A program made the translations under genes and the position numbers. This document shows positions 63,022-64,000 of a stretch of DNA of 64,000 nt, piece after piece. The DNA is from Octopus sinensis (Eukaryota), in the NCBI RefSeq assembly GCF_006345805.1, contig NC_042998.1, forward strand, positions 137,764,001 through 137,828,000, read 5' to 3'. The notes under the pieces were generated by a model that saw only the letters and a program-made list of their open reading frames with translations, had not been told where the DNA came from and made no database searches. Position 1 is the first letter of the stretch; every line of letters starts with the position of its first letter.

Positions 63022-64000
63022 GTGAGTGTCATTTCTAACCTATTAAAAATATTTTCTAAATGTATCGAGCTTTTTATCTAAATTTGGGAACAAATAGGTT
63101 GCTGAAATTGAAAGCCATTTTCTTTTAGTTATTAAATACAGAAACAGCATTTAATCTTTTTGTAAGAAAATTTCACTGAAATACACTGCCTTTATTTCAA
63201 TAAATTTAAAAAATAATGAACAGTTTAGTAAAATAACTGGTGTTGAGAACATAAATAAAGATGGAAGTTTTGATGGAAGATTTTAACGTAGGTCACTTTA
63301 AAGCAGGAAGTTGATGTCATAGAACCAAAGGTGATTTCAAGTGGGTTGGTATCAAAAGGGTTTAAATTTTTCTAATCTAACCTGGTAGTGTTCTGCAAGA
63401 TCATAGATTTGTTGCTGGCTTATATTTTCCTTAAGACTTAAGATGAAGTCTCTTTAATGTTTGGTTCTCTGTATCAAGCTTGTCATATTTCCTCTCCAAA
63501 AAATTGTATTCTTCATTTTTATGTCTCTTATTCATTCTTGTATAGAATACTGAATACTGTTGTCATATCTGGGTTAGTGCTTCTGTTGGTATTCTGTCTC
63601 TCCTTTCTGAATTCAAAAGTGAGTTTCTAACACTGTTGGTCCTATTTTGGCAGCTAATCTTCACCTCTCTTGTTGCTGGGAAATTACTGTTTTATTCTAT
63701 AAATACTTCTACATTTGTTGTTTTGCCAAATTTTCTTTCTTGTTCTTTCTTACAGTTACTAATGAAATGACTTATCTTTCTATGAATTCTCATCCCTTCA
63801 CTGTGGTTGTATACCACACTTCTTATAAGTAGTGTTTTTAATCTTGTCTTTTCTAAAAACAAAATTCAATTAAAAAATATAATTTAACCAGGGGAAAAAA
63901 AAACATTAAAGGTTTACTGATGAGATGGCACAGGATAAGATAGTATCCTAGTTACATAATTACAAAGAAGAGGAAGAAGTTGAGCTGTGTTTTCTCCTTA

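Overview
AT-rich, repeat-dense animal genomic DNA. The SINE, RTE-tail and microsatellite repertoire looks cephalopod (Octopus-like); this is an inference. Two spliced housekeeping genes lie on the + strand. TSEN15 (tRNA splicing endonuclease subunit Sen15) has 4 coding exons at 15859-22527 and encodes 160 aa. STRAP/UNRIP (WD40) has its first 6 coding exons at 33928-63021 and continues past the window end. A third gene probably starts near 8440 on the - strand and runs off the left edge. The rest is a mix of transposons: a near full-length dead RTE LINE whose ORF carries a PHD finger inside the RT, fragments of CR1/Jockey-like, CRE-like and R4/Dong-like LINEs and a Penelope-like element, tRNA-derived SINEs, GGATC-ended MITE/foldback elements with 8-bp TSDs, Tc1/mariner and piggyBac MITEs, a non-autonomous Helitron, and a TRIM-like mini LTR element. 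The most striking signal is in TSEN15 intron 1: a ~260-bp insertion flanked by a 15-bp direct repeat and holding two inverted copies of a candidate minimal type I hammerhead ribozyme. Its core is non-canonical (GUGAACA, a G3-C8 swap of CUGANGA). The antisense copy is nearly complete and the sense copy has lost its cleavage site. All coordinates and alignments were read by eye; no searches were run.
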